Both the position numbers and the translations under genes were made by a program. Shown here piece by piece: positions 29,034 to 37,922 of a stretch of DNA of 64,000 bases. The notes under the pieces were generated by a model. That model had not been told where the DNA came from. It worked only from the letters and a program-made list of their open reading frames with translations, and made no database searches. Location of the stretch: positions 832,001 to 896,000 of the forward strand of contig CAVXKA010000002.1 in the NCBI GenBank assembly GCA_963762255.1, in the 5' to 3' direction. The stretch's first letter is position 1. Every line of letters starts with the position of its first letter. The stretch is from Candidatus Eiseniibacteriota bacterium (GTDB lineage: Bacteria > Eisenbacteria > RBG-16-71-46 > JABDJR01).

Positions 29034-30965
29034 TTACCCTCCGAGCATCACGACCTTGAGCGCGCTCGATCCGTCGCCCGTGGCGAGCCGCGCGTAGTAG
29101 ATCCCTCCGCCAAGCCGTGCGCCGCGATCGTCCCGGCCGTCCCAGGTCACGCCGGTGGCTCCGGCGCCGGCGTCGCCGTCGAAGAGCCTGCGCACCAGGC
29201 GTCCGGCGACGTCGTACACATCGAGTCGTGCGCGACCCGATCGAGGCAGCGAGAACACGATCCGCGTTGAGGCCGCGAACGGGTTTGGACTCGCCTGGCG
29301 CAGGCGGGCAACCTCGATGAGTTCGCCTCCGTCCGCGACCGCGGTGGGTTCGTTGAAGGAAACGTCCAGGAACGGGCGCGATGTTCCCATCGTGTTCGCG
29401 AGCGCGGGCATGCCGCTCGCCGGCGGCGCCGCTGCATCGCCGTCGCGGAAAGTCACGTAGTCGGCGCCGGTGCTGCTCCCCGTGTGCGGGAACGAGATAC
29501 GGAACTGGGTCAGACCCCGGTCGTTGATCGCGACGAGGCCGGCAGCGGTGAGATCCACACGCACTGCATAGTTGTTCGCCTTGGCCGACCCGATCACGAA
29601 GCCGGCGTCCGACGCGTCGGCAGCCGCGGTCGCATCGCTCGGCTCGAGCGCGGCCGCCCCGAAGCTCCCCCGCACGACGTCCACGAGAGGAGTCCCCAAG
29701 AGGCCGGAGGTGAACGGGTTCGTGCCGGTCGCCGCGTCGCGGATGAGGTAGAGGCTCGCCGAGGTCACAACGGCGCCGTCGGGAAGCGCCGAGGTATCGA
29801 AGGAGACGATGCCGCGCACGAGCGAGGGGCCGTCGTCCCCCACCCGGACGCCGTCGGCGCCGGTCACCGTCGCGTTCGTCCACCCGTCCTCGACTCCCCC
29901 ACGCGCGAAGAACGTGGCCATGGGCGCGCCACGGAACTCGGGGAAGAAGTGCGTCTGGGTCTCGTTGGTGATCTTGTATTGATAACCCTCGTAGTCGAGG
30001 TGAATCGGATCGGCGTCGATGCCGTTCGGCACCCGGAAGCAGGAGCGCAGCGACGGCCGAACCGGGTTCCCGCCCGGGAACGGCGCGAAGAGGGGCGGCA
30101 GTTGGCCGGGATACGGCAGCGTCTTGGCCGCGGCCACGCCGTCGCCGTAGAAGTAGTGCATGAGCCCCACCGCGTGATCGAAGAGGAGCCGCGGGTTCGC
30201 GTTCACCCATCCCGCGCGCTGCGTCTCCACTCGCACCATCATGTCGTTGAGTTCGACGTCGGTGATGAGGTCGTTGACGGGATCGCGGCTCAGGTCGCGG
30301 CGCTTGGGACACGCGTAGAGAAAGCACCAGAACCCCACGTTGAAGTTCGGGTAATCGTAGCTCGACAGGATCACCCGAATATCGGGGCGCACGGCGGTAA
30401 GGGCGTCGACGATGATCTCCGTGTCCGCGCGAATGCGGTCGAAGAGGGCGGCCTCGGAGCCCGCCACGTCGAGATCCATGTCCTTGTACCAGCCGCCGTC
30501 CGGCTTCCCGGCAAGGACGTCGTTGCCGTCGACGCTGAGCACCACGAGGTCGATCTCGGGGTTCGCCTGGAGCGCGGCCACCGTGTTGGCGATCCATGGA
30601 TAATTCGCTGTGTCCACCCACTGGCGCGCCTCGCTCCCCGAGATCGCGTACTCGGGACCGGTGTAGCCGGGCCCGGGATCGGATCCCAGTGAGAGGCTCA
30701 CCGCGCGCTTGTCCGCATGGCCGAAGCGATCGAAGACGTCGTTGTGGGAGCCGTCGTCCCACATGTACTGCGCCCAGCTATCCCCTGCGATGAGCACGCG
30801 GACATGCGTCGCCGCCGCGGGCAGGAGTGGAATGGGTGCGTTGGCAAGCGGGTTGGGCGGCGTCCTCTCTTCGAGGACGCGGAAGTCCTGGGCGGAGATC
30901 GGCCGCGTGAGGACAGAAGTCAGAAGCAGGGCGGCGAGACCGAGAGACCGGAGCGCGCGAAGCAT
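29034..30965 (-). CDS. Secreted SGNH/GDSL-type hydrolase with a beta-sandwich domain and C-terminal FlgD-Ig-like domain
   Basis: Signal peptide; IAGDSW (block I), DGNDV (block III), DPIH (block V); C-terminus SPNPF..YDVAGRLVR..WDGRDD..GIYYARL..KVVM. Confidence 0.75.
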   Translation of the reverse strand: MLRALRSLGLAALLLTSVLTRPISAQDFRVLEERTPPNPLANAPIPLLPAAATHVRVLIAGDSWAQYMWDDGSHNDVFDRFGHADKRAVSLSLGSDPGPGYTGPEYAISGSEARQWVDTANYPWIANTVAALQANPEIDLVVLSVDGNDVLAGKPDGGWYKDMDLDVAGSEAALFDRIRADTEIIVDALTAVRPDIRVILSSYDYPNFNVGFWCFLYACPKRRDLSRDPVNDLITDVELNDMMVRVETQRAGWVNANPRLLFDHAVGLMHYFYGDGVAAAKTLPYPGQLPPLFAPFPGGNPVRPSLRSCFRVPNGIDADPIHLDYEGYQYKITNETQTHFFPEFRGAPMATFFARGGVEDGWTNATVTGADGVRVGDDGPSLVRGIVSFDTSALPDGAVVTSASLYLIRDAATGTNPFTSGLLGTPLVDVVRGSFGAAALEPSDATAAADASDAGFVIGSAKANNYAVRVDLTAAGLVAINDRGLTQFRISFPHTGSSTGADYVTFRDGDAAAPPASGMPALANTMGTSRPFLDVSFNEPTAVADGGELIEVARLRQASPNPFAASTRIVFSLPRSGRARLDVYDVAGRLVRRLFDGDAGAGATGVTWDGRDDRGARLGGGIYYARLATGDGSSALKVVMLGG

Positions 30966-31004
30966 GTCGGATCCTCCGACGGGGTAGGTTAGGTGCGGAT
31001 CATT

Positions 31005-31343
31005 CTAGCAGGCGTGACCACGCGGCCTCCAGCGGTACCGATCGAGATCGATCGCGCCCAGCCGCGAGAACCGCACACCCTCCTTCTCGAGTAGCCGCCT
31101 CTGGATCAGCGCTCCATCGGTCTCCGCGGCAAGGCTGACCCTCCCCTGCACGTTGACCACCCGATGCCACGGCACGCCGGATCGCTCCGGAAGCGCGTGC
31201 AGCGCGTAGCCCACCTGCCGGGCATGGCCGCGGATCCCGGCGAGCGCCGCGATCTGCCCGTAGGTCGCCACGCGACCACGCGGAATCCGCTTCACCGTCT
31301 CGTAGATGCGCTTGCGCCGGGGGTGAATGGTTGGCGGCTTCAT
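31005..31343 (-). CDS. Alkyltransferase-like (MGMT-family, YbaZ/Atl) protein
   Basis: IPRGRVATYGQIA, ARQVGYAL, VPWHRVVN (Trp in place of the catalytic Cys), QRRLLEKEG. Confidence 0.9.
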   Translation of the reverse strand: MKPPTIHPRRKRIYETVKRIPRGRVATYGQIAALAGIRGHARQVGYALHALPERSGVPWHRVVNVQGRVSLAAETDGALIQRRLLEKEGVRFSRLGAIDLDRYRWRPRGHAC

Positions 31344-31618
31344 GTGGGAGGAGTCTACCCCAGCAGCGCGGGTGTCGGTGGGTGGCCGGACGGGGGACGT
31401 GTCGCACGGCCGTGTGATAGACAGCGGAGACTCCGCTGTCTTTCGACGCCTATCACGTGAGTGGCACCGGGCCTGCCGATCGGCTATCCTCCGCGCTATC
31501 GGTGGATGAAACGCCAACTGCCCGCATCTCCGGGCTGCACAGCCTGAACTCCGTATCCGTTAGGGTAGGTCCGTCGAATTCTCGTCTTAGCCCGCACGAC
31601 CACCAAGCGAGACGAACG

Positions 31619-33205
31619 ATGAATTCAGAAAGTCGCACTGTGCTTTCCCTCAGATACAGACTACCTCTTCTGGTACTCAGCATAATGGGCACTGTTACCA
31701 TTCTACTGGCTACGAGACCCTACGGCGCGGGACTCTCACCTGACTCCGTGGGATACATAGCCACTGCGAGACACATAGCAACCGGCGCTGGTGCCGTCAT
31801 GTATGATGGCACTCCGTTACTTGTTCAACCCCCGCTCTATCCAGCACTCTTGGCAACTATTGACTATGTTTTCGGGATAGACCCCCTTTCGAAAGCTCAC
31901 ATCGTCAATGCGGTTCTGTTTGGCCTCATCGTTTACTTGTCGGGATTACTGTTTCTCAGGCACTGGACTTTCGCCGACAGTGAAGCTAAGCATTTGAAGT
32001 CATCTGCTGCTTTTGCGCTACTTGGAGCAGCGTCTGTACTGGTTGCAGCTCCTCTAATACAAGTTTCGATAATGGCGTGGAGCGAGCCTCTTTTCATCTG
32101 TCTTGTGCTACTTTATCTAATTTTCTCCGCATCGTATTTGGCGAAGGCTGACACAACCTCTCTTTTGCTCTTATCATTGACAACAGCACTGGTGTGTCTT
32201 ACTCGATATATTGGAGTCATTTTTATCTTCACAGGCGTAGTTAGCATTCTACACTTTCGTCGGGATAGTCCGCGGATCAAGTTTAGACATTCGTTTCTCT
32301 TCATATCCGTCTCAACTATACCTATTGGCATGTGGATACTCCGAAACTACTATCTCTCAGGCACTTTGTTTGGCCCGCGCGCATCATCCATTTACACCTT
32401 ATCCCAGACTTTGCATTTCACATTCAACACTCTTCTGTCTTGGTATATTCCCAGGAGAATTTCTGAACACCGTTCAATCCTAATGCTTCTGAGTGCTGCA
32501 ATTTGCTTTCTTGCGGGCTTGAGCACTAGGAGAAATTGGTCAAAGCTGAGAACTTCTTTCCTGGACATTGGCCCGTTGCTACTACTCATCAGCGCTTACG
32601 TAGGGTTCTTGGTGGTTTCTTCAACCACCACTGCTTACGACGCAATCGGGAATAGACTGTTGTCCCCTGTTTTTGTGCCCATAACTCTAGTACTTCTGTT
32701 TCTTGCCTCAAAGATACTAACGGCACTTACAGAGCAGCGGTTGTCCCAGAAACGTGCAAATATCCTGCTGGCGGTCGCTATCGCTGTGTGGTTGGTATAT
32801 CCAGCCAGAGCAGCAGTGTCGTCAATCGCATACGCAACGAGCCAAGGTCAGGGATACCGCAGCGAGTCTTGGAGAAAGAGTCAAACAATCGAATACCTGT
32901 TACAGAATCGAACGCTAGAATCCGAGGGCGTGATTTATGCAAACGACCCAGATGCTCTCTATATCTTAGCGGACCTTACAGCCAGAACGAGTCCGACAAG
33001 GACGATGTACAACTCTCTCGAGATAGTCAATGATATTTCCAGTCTCAGCGGTTATTGGCCAGAAGAAGGCAAGTCGTGCCTTGTCTGGTTTGACAAGATT
33101 GACCGACGGTATCTGTTCACGGTTGATGAACTGCAGACCATTGCCAATGTGCAGCGAATCATTCACCTTGAGGATGGTGCAGTGTACTCTGTTACGAGAA
33201 GATAG
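31619..33205 (+). CDS. Polytopic GT-C fold glycosyltransferase-like membrane protein (ArnT/PMT-like), cassette 1, low GC
   Basis: SPDSVGY, QPPLYPALLA, WSEPLFI, LTRYIG, many TM helices; clearly more AT-rich than the flanks. Confidence 0.75.
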   Translation: MNSESRTVLSLRYRLPLLVLSIMGTVTILLATRPYGAGLSPDSVGYIATARHIATGAGAVMYDGTPLLVQPPLYPALLATIDYVFGIDPLSKAHIVNAVLFGLIVYLSGLLFLRHWTFADSEAKHLKSSAAFALLGAASVLVAAPLIQVSIMAWSEPLFICLVLLYLIFSASYLAKADTTSLLLLSLTTALVCLTRYIGVIFIFTGVVSILHFRRDSPRIKFRHSFLFISVSTIPIGMWILRNYYLSGTLFGPRASSIYTLSQTLHFTFNTLLSWYIPRRISEHRSILMLLSAAICFLAGLSTRRNWSKLRTSFLDIGPLLLLISAYVGFLVVSSTTTAYDAIGNRLLSPVFVPITLVLLFLASKILTALTEQRLSQKRANILLAVAIAVWLVYPARAAVSSIAYATSQGQGYRSESWRKSQTIEYLLQNRTLESEGVIYANDPDALYILADLTARTSPTRTMYNSLEIVNDISSLSGYWPEEGKSCLVWFDKIDRRYLFTVDELQTIANVQRIIHLEDGAVYSVTRR

Positions 33206-33225
33206 CGTCTTCAAGTCATTGTGCG

Positions 33226-33285
33226 GGCTAGCAACGGGTCGCAGCGGAGGGCGCTCCGCGCCGCCGCTGATGCCGAGCGTTAGCC
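33226..33285 (+). repeat. attC site (60 bp)
   Basis: GGCTAGC-AACGGGTCGCAGCGGAGGGCGCTCCGCGCCGCCGCTGATGCCGAGC-GTTAGCC: R'' nearly RYYYAAC, R' GTTRRRY-like, internal dyad. Confidence 0.85.
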
Positions 33286-33377
33286 TGAAGCATGAGCGAG
33301 AGACAGTGAGTCGCTATTCACCCGTCCGAGAGACTGGGGCCAGCTTGAGAAGTGGGCGCGAAGACCGAAGGAGTCTC

Positions 33378-34423
33378 ATGGTTGGACCGAGGAAGCTCTC
33401 CAGCGCAGCCGCCATCGCTGCCGTACTGGTAGTCATGACGCAACCGGGCGCGGCCGAGACATCACGAGTTGATGGCGAGGTGCGCGCGGCACTCCGCGCT
33501 GCGGTGGCAGCAGCGTCCGATCCCTCGGCCGGGGTACTGTTCGGAGTGCTGGACAGCCTGGGGGTCGAGCCGCGCGTGTGGGCGGAGGGCGCTGTGGACA
33601 CCGGCGACGAGCTTCGGCTCGGTTGTCCGACAGGGAAGCCCATCCTGGTCTACCTGGCTCTACGCGAGCGCGTTCCGTTGAGCGCCCGGATTGCACGCTG
33701 GTTCCCCGAGGGCGAGGGATTTACGCGGTCGCGCGACATCGAGGTGCAGCACCTGATGCTCAACTCGAGCGGCATCCGCGACTACGTGCCTATGTTGGCG
33801 CTGCACCCCGACTCGGCGGTCACGGTGGATGCGACGATCGACCGCGCGTATCGGGGCAAGGCGCTACTATTCGATCCAGGAAGCGGCTTCGAGTACTCAA
33901 ACACGAACTTCAACCTACTCGGTCGCTTGCTCGAAATCGAGACCGGCATGGGGCTCGATTCGCTTGTGCGCACTTCCTTCGCGCGGTCGCGCCCACGCTC
34001 CGCTACGACGACGGCCGCGGCCGTTATCCCCGGGGCTATGCCAGGCCGTGACCGTACCACTGGAGCTGCCCCGGGTACGGTGGAGGGCTTATCGGCACGG
34101 CTACCGATGCAATGCGCGCCTTCGCGTGGATCGCGACCCAGCCGGAGTTCAAGCGAATGACGCGCTGGTCGAAGCCAGACGGATCCCCCGAGCAGTCGAG
34201 TCCGGACCACCTGCTCGGGCTCGGGGTGTTCGGTCGTCGGGATCTTGCGGGGTGCGGAGAGGCGGCTTTCTACGATGGGGATGTTGGGCCATGTCAGATG
34301 ATCCTGGCCCGTGTCCGGGGCCGTGTCTTCTACATTGCCACGACGCATCGAATGGGGCTCGGGCCGCTGAACGAGCTGTTCTCCCGGCTTGTGGCTGGCG
34401 TCGCGAATGCAGGAATGGAGTAG
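33378..34423 (+). pseudogene. Beta-lactamase/serine hydrolase-family gene, cassette 2, with a frameshift (~33980) and an in-frame TGA (34049-34051)
   Basis: HLMLNSSGI, LLFDPGSGFEYSNTNFNLLGRLLE; continues in a second frame as LRYDDG..YARP*PYHWSCPGYGGGLIGTATDAMRAF. Confidence 0.75.
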
Positions 34424-34428
34424 CTCTT

Positions 34429-34466
34429 GGCCCACGCGGTCAGCCCCTGGTCACGCGCGTTGGGCC
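34429..34466 (+). repeat. Shortened/degenerate attC site
   Basis: GGCCCACGCG...CGCGCGTTGGGCC immediately after the cassette 2 stop; ends in GTTGGGC. Confidence 0.6.
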
Positions 34467-34488
34467 GACCAGTGAAATGGGCTGAAGA

Positions 34489-35103
34489 ATGATGCCGAGC
34501 TTGGGCGACCACGTGCTTGTTGCGCTGATCGCAGTGGCATACCCGCTCTTCTCTACGCTCGACTGGTATCGACGGTGTCGTAGTCAGCTGGAGAGGGGTG
34601 AAAGCCACGATCGACTTCGCTTCTATCGCCGGAGCATGATTGGGTTGTGGCTGCTGACGTCGGCGGTGCTCTCGTGGTGGCCGTGGTCGGGGCGGACAGC
34701 TCCGGCCATTGGCGTCGGAGTCCCAGGCGGTTGGGCCTTTTGGGTTGGGATCGTCGTCGTCGCCGCGCTTTCGGCTGCTCTTGGATATCAGGTGGCAGTG
34801 GTCCGCGGTTCGGCTGTAGCGCAGGCACAAGTTCGGAAGCAGTTCCGAGGTGTCCCGGCACTGATCGTGCCGCACGACAAGTTCGAGCGCCGGATGTGGA
34901 TTGGCCTGAGCCTCACGGCTGGTTTCTGTGAGGAGATCCTCTACCGCGGATTCCTGATGTGGTACGTGATGACCTGGCTTCCCGGAGCGGCCGCCGTGCT
35001 CGTCTCCGCGGCGGTGGATGTCACGAGCGGGCTCACAGGTAGTGCCGCCTTGGGGCAAGGCACGTCCGTCACCTGCGAGGGATCAGCCGGAGGAGGCCAG
35101 TAG
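34489..35103 (+). pseudogene. CPBP/Abi (type II CAAX) intramembrane protease, cassette 3, apparently internally deleted
   Basis: AGFCEEILYRG motif present; the later FxxxH and HxxxD/N motifs are missing, and the sequence jumps from VSAAV to DVTSG. Confidence 0.65.
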
Positions 35104-35123
35104 CCGGACCTCAAGCGGCGTCG

Positions 35124-35183
35124 GCCCAACAACCGGTTGCCGCGGATGGCGCTGCGCGCCGCTGCTGAACCTGAGCGCTGGTC
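35124..35183 (+). repeat. attC site (60 bp), R' mutated
   Basis: GCCCAAC-AACCGGTTGCCGCGGATGGCGCTGCGCGCCGCTGCTGAACCTGAGC-GCTGGTC; 45/60 identical to the attC at 33226 by hand alignment. Confidence 0.85.
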
Positions 35184-35204
35184 GGACCAAAGATCGGAGA
35201 CCTA

Positions 35205-35735
35205 ATGAAAGCGCAGCACGCCGCATTGCTGCTCATCGACGCGCAGGTGAACATGTTCGACCCGGCGTCCCCCGCGAGTGCGGCGGATGAGCTGCTATCG
35301 CGCCTGACAAGCCTGGTCGGCAGGTTCCGCACGGCTCAAGTGCCGGTCATCTTCGTCCGCAACTGCGGTGGAGCCGGTGACCCCGACGAGCGAGGACTGC
35401 CGGGGTGGGAGCTGGACCCCGCATTGGAAGTGACGGTGGGAGACCTTGTGCTGGACAAGACGACGGGAGACACTTTCGCGAGTACGCCGCTGGATGACGA
35501 ACTGAAGGCTCGCCGGGTTGCGCACTTGGTAGTGGCTGGCCTCCAGTCCGAGTACTGTGTGCGGGACACGGTCCTAGGCGCGCTGGCGCGAGGGTACGAG
35601 GTGACCCTCATCTCCGATGGGCACAGCACCTACGACGGGGGTGGTCGGTCAGCGTTGGAGAAGAGCACCGCGGTAAACGCTGAACTCGAACACCGCGTGA
35701 AGCTTGTCCGCGCCGATGAACTGCGGTTCCGGTGA
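35205..35735 (+). CDS. Isochorismatase-family cysteine hydrolase, cassette 4
   Basis: ALLLIDAQ, VLDK..DTF..TPL, VAGLQSEYCVRDT, DGHST. Confidence 0.9.
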   Translation: MKAQHAALLLIDAQVNMFDPASPASAADELLSRLTSLVGRFRTAQVPVIFVRNCGGAGDPDERGLPGWELDPALEVTVGDLVLDKTTGDTFASTPLDDELKARRVAHLVVAGLQSEYCVRDTVLGALARGYEVTLISDGHSTYDGGGRSALEKSTAVNAELEHRVKLVRADELRFR

Positions 35736-35742
35736 ACGCGCC

Positions 35743-35810
35743 GCCCAACAAGCAGTTGGACCCGGTCGGCCCCGCTTCGCGGTCCCGACCGGTCAACTGC
35801 GGCGCTGGAC
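35743..35810 (+). repeat. attC site (68 bp), R' mutated
   Basis: GCCCAAC..GCAGTTG(G)ACC(C)GGTCGG..CCGC-TTC-GCGG..CCGACC-GGT-CAACTGC..GCTGGAC; long hairpin with two extrahelical bases. Confidence 0.85.
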
Positions 35811-35831
35811 CTGCCGCAAGTGGAGAGAGCT

Positions 35832-35936
35832 ATGCGTCGTATCAGCGGTCTGCTCGCAGTCACCCTGCTCCTTTCGTCCTTTGCCTGCGGGCGGATGCTG
35901 CCCCCGGTGCAGGGAGGCGCAACGGGCATGGGGTGA
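35832..35936 (+). pseudogene. 34-codon lipoprotein-signal ORF, probable remnant of cassette 5
   Basis: SD GGAGAG; MRRISGLLAVTLLLSSFAC lipobox-like sequence followed by an early stop, right after the last attC. Confidence 0.45.
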
Positions 35937-36084
35937 GAAGGACGACAGTAGCCGACGTTGATTCTGGAGGGGGCCGGAACTCTGCTGAATCACTGAACTT
36001 CCCCGGGGCTCCCTGAGACTCCGGTCCTTGAGAGGCTGGGCAGAGAGCAAACCCACCCCACTCCCCCGCGCTACACTCCCCCCC

Positions 36085-36921
36085 ATGATCAGGATGCGCA
36101 TCGGCACCGAGGAGATTCGTCTGGAGCAGGAGGAGTGGGATCTCTGGCTTCAGGACGGTCGCATCCCCTCCGACGCCTGGCTCTGGCTGGAGGGAACCGG
36201 CTGGGTCCCCGTCGGCAGCATTCCCGCCTATCAACACGCGGGTCAGGGCGAACCGAAGCGGCCTGCCCGATTCCCCGAGGTCTTCTCGGTCGCGTTCCCT
36301 CGCCGCGGCGTGTCCGCCACCGAGGCGCTCCTCCTCGTGAACCTGCTCGTGGCCGGGGTGCTCACCGCCGCATTCGGAGAACGCTACCTCGCCGAGATCG
36401 AGGCCTGGGCGACCGGCGCTTGGTTTGCCGTGCGCGATCGCCACGCGATCTGGTGGTGGCTGCCGACCCTCTTCCTGCATGCCGGTCCCCGTCATCTCTT
36501 CGCCAACATGGTCTCGTTGCTGGCGACCGCGACCTCCGTGGAGTACCTGATGGGCCGGCGATGGGTCTATGCGGTCTACCTCATCACGGGAGTCGGCGGG
36601 ATGTGGCTCTCGTTCGCCGGGCACGGCCGCCCGCCGCTCAGCATCGGCGCTTCGGGCGCGATCTTCGGCCTCGGCGGGGCCACCGTCGCATTCGTGCTGC
36701 GCCGCCACCGCAGCTTCACCTACCGCCAGCGATGGAAGGCGCGCAGGGTCTACGCGCCGTTGTTCGTGTTCCTCATCCTCCCCTCGGTGCTCAACGCCGA
36801 CTACCTGGGGCATGTCGGCGGCCTCGTCACCGGGCTCGCGCTCGGCCTCTTCATCCCTCCGCACACGAGGCTCCATCTGACGGGCGGCGACGCGCCGACG
36901 GACGCGAACGACGCGCCGTAA
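36085..36921 (+). CDS. Rhomboid-family intramembrane serine protease with a small N-terminal soluble domain
   Basis: LFLHAGPRHLFANM, SIGASGAIFG, GHVGGLVTG. Confidence 0.92.
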   Translation: MIRMRIGTEEIRLEQEEWDLWLQDGRIPSDAWLWLEGTGWVPVGSIPAYQHAGQGEPKRPARFPEVFSVAFPRRGVSATEALLLVNLLVAGVLTAAFGERYLAEIEAWATGAWFAVRDRHAIWWWLPTLFLHAGPRHLFANMVSLLATATSVEYLMGRRWVYAVYLITGVGGMWLSFAGHGRPPLSIGASGAIFGLGGATVAFVLRRHRSFTYRQRWKARRVYAPLFVFLILPSVLNADYLGHVGGLVTGLALGLFIPPHTRLHLTGGDAPTDANDAP

Positions 36922-36953
36922 GACGGAGTCGAACGACCCGGCGCACAAATGAA

Positions 36954-36981
36954 GAGGGCCCCTCCCGAAGAAGGGGCCCTC
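36954..36981. terminator. Terminator hairpin between convergent genes
   Basis: GAGGGCCCCT-loop-AGGGGCCCTC; T-rich tail on the minus strand. Confidence 0.7.
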
Positions 36982-37005
36982 AGAGCGATCAGGAACCGGC
37001 AGCGT

Positions 37006-37746
37006 CTAGTTGTAGAGCGCCTTCACCTGGCCCCAGGTGGCTTCCACTGTCGGGACCGGGTTCCCAACGGTCACGCGGGTGCGGCCGGTGGCCGGGTTGA
37101 ACTCGAAGCGGACTTCGGAGTTCGGCACGACGGTCGTGAACTGCATGTTGGCCCCGCAGGGAGCGCCGGCGCCCTCGATGCCCACGTTGCAGATGTCCCA
37201 CGATCCGACGGCGCGGAACTTGCCCTCGTAAGAGCCGGGGGTGGCGATGACGACGACTTTCGTCCAGATGCCGCCGACCAGGCTCGCCGCCACGCCGCTG
37301 CCCCAGTTACCGATCTCGGGGGTTCCGCCGATCACCTCAAAATTGGTGCCGGGAGGAGCGTAGTGGTCGCTCCAGACGATGTTCTGATCGGGGAGCCAGC
37401 CGTCGCCGTGAGCGTTGGTGTCAAAGGTGAAGTGGACGGTCTCGGTGGGGTTCACGTGCACCCACAGGTTGCACGGACCGAAGTACGAGACGCTCCAGTC
37501 GGAGAGGGCTACCTTGAACTCCTGGCGACCGGTTTGATCGGCGACCACATCCGCGCCGAACACGCCGTCGCTGGCCGCGCCGTCGCCGTGGAGCCCGTCA
37601 TCGAACATCTCGTTCTGAGCCACGAAGGACCAGCCAGGGGTCATGTAGCCGCCCGGGACGTACCAGGGGCCGGCGACTGCGGCAACCGGGAGCGCCAGCG
37701 CCAGAACAGCAAGAGCAAGCAAAGCTAGCCGTTTCATCTTCCTCAT
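37006..37746 (-). CDS. Secreted protein with two CBM/Ig-like repeats and a C-terminal TWGQVKALYN tail
   Basis: Signal peptide; repeated (V/I)xG..GW..G(V/I)(F/W)..G..E.K units; Ca-binding-like MFDDGLHGDGAASDGVF. Confidence 0.75.
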   Translation of the reverse strand: MRKMKRLALLALAVLALALPVAAVAGPWYVPGGYMTPGWSFVAQNEMFDDGLHGDGAASDGVFGADVVADQTGRQEFKVALSDWSVSYFGPCNLWVHVNPTETVHFTFDTNAHGDGWLPDQNIVWSDHYAPPGTNFEVIGGTPEIGNWGSGVAASLVGGIWTKVVVIATPGSYEGKFRAVGSWDICNVGIEGAGAPCGANMQFTTVVPNSEVRFEFNPATGRTRVTVGNPVPTVEATWGQVKALYN

Positions 37747-37922
37747 TCCTCCTGGAGAACGCGTTGATGCCGCGGCCCATGGGGGGGCCGAGCAGATGCT
37801 GTACAGTTGCGAAGATTATAGCATTTTCGGCCGTTGGACCGGTCAACAAGATTGGGGGGGGCGACCGGCGGCGGCTCCGGGGGGCCAGCCGACGGCGTTT
37901 GCCGGGCCCCCTCGGCCCGGCC

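Larger units (their letters stand above)
31512..35936 (+). mobile_element. Degenerate integron gene-cassette array; no integrase in the window (CALIN-like)
   Basis: Co-oriented unrelated ORFs each followed by an attC-like imperfect palindrome; cassette start and end sequences are mutually complementary; first cassette has low GC. Confidence 0.8.
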
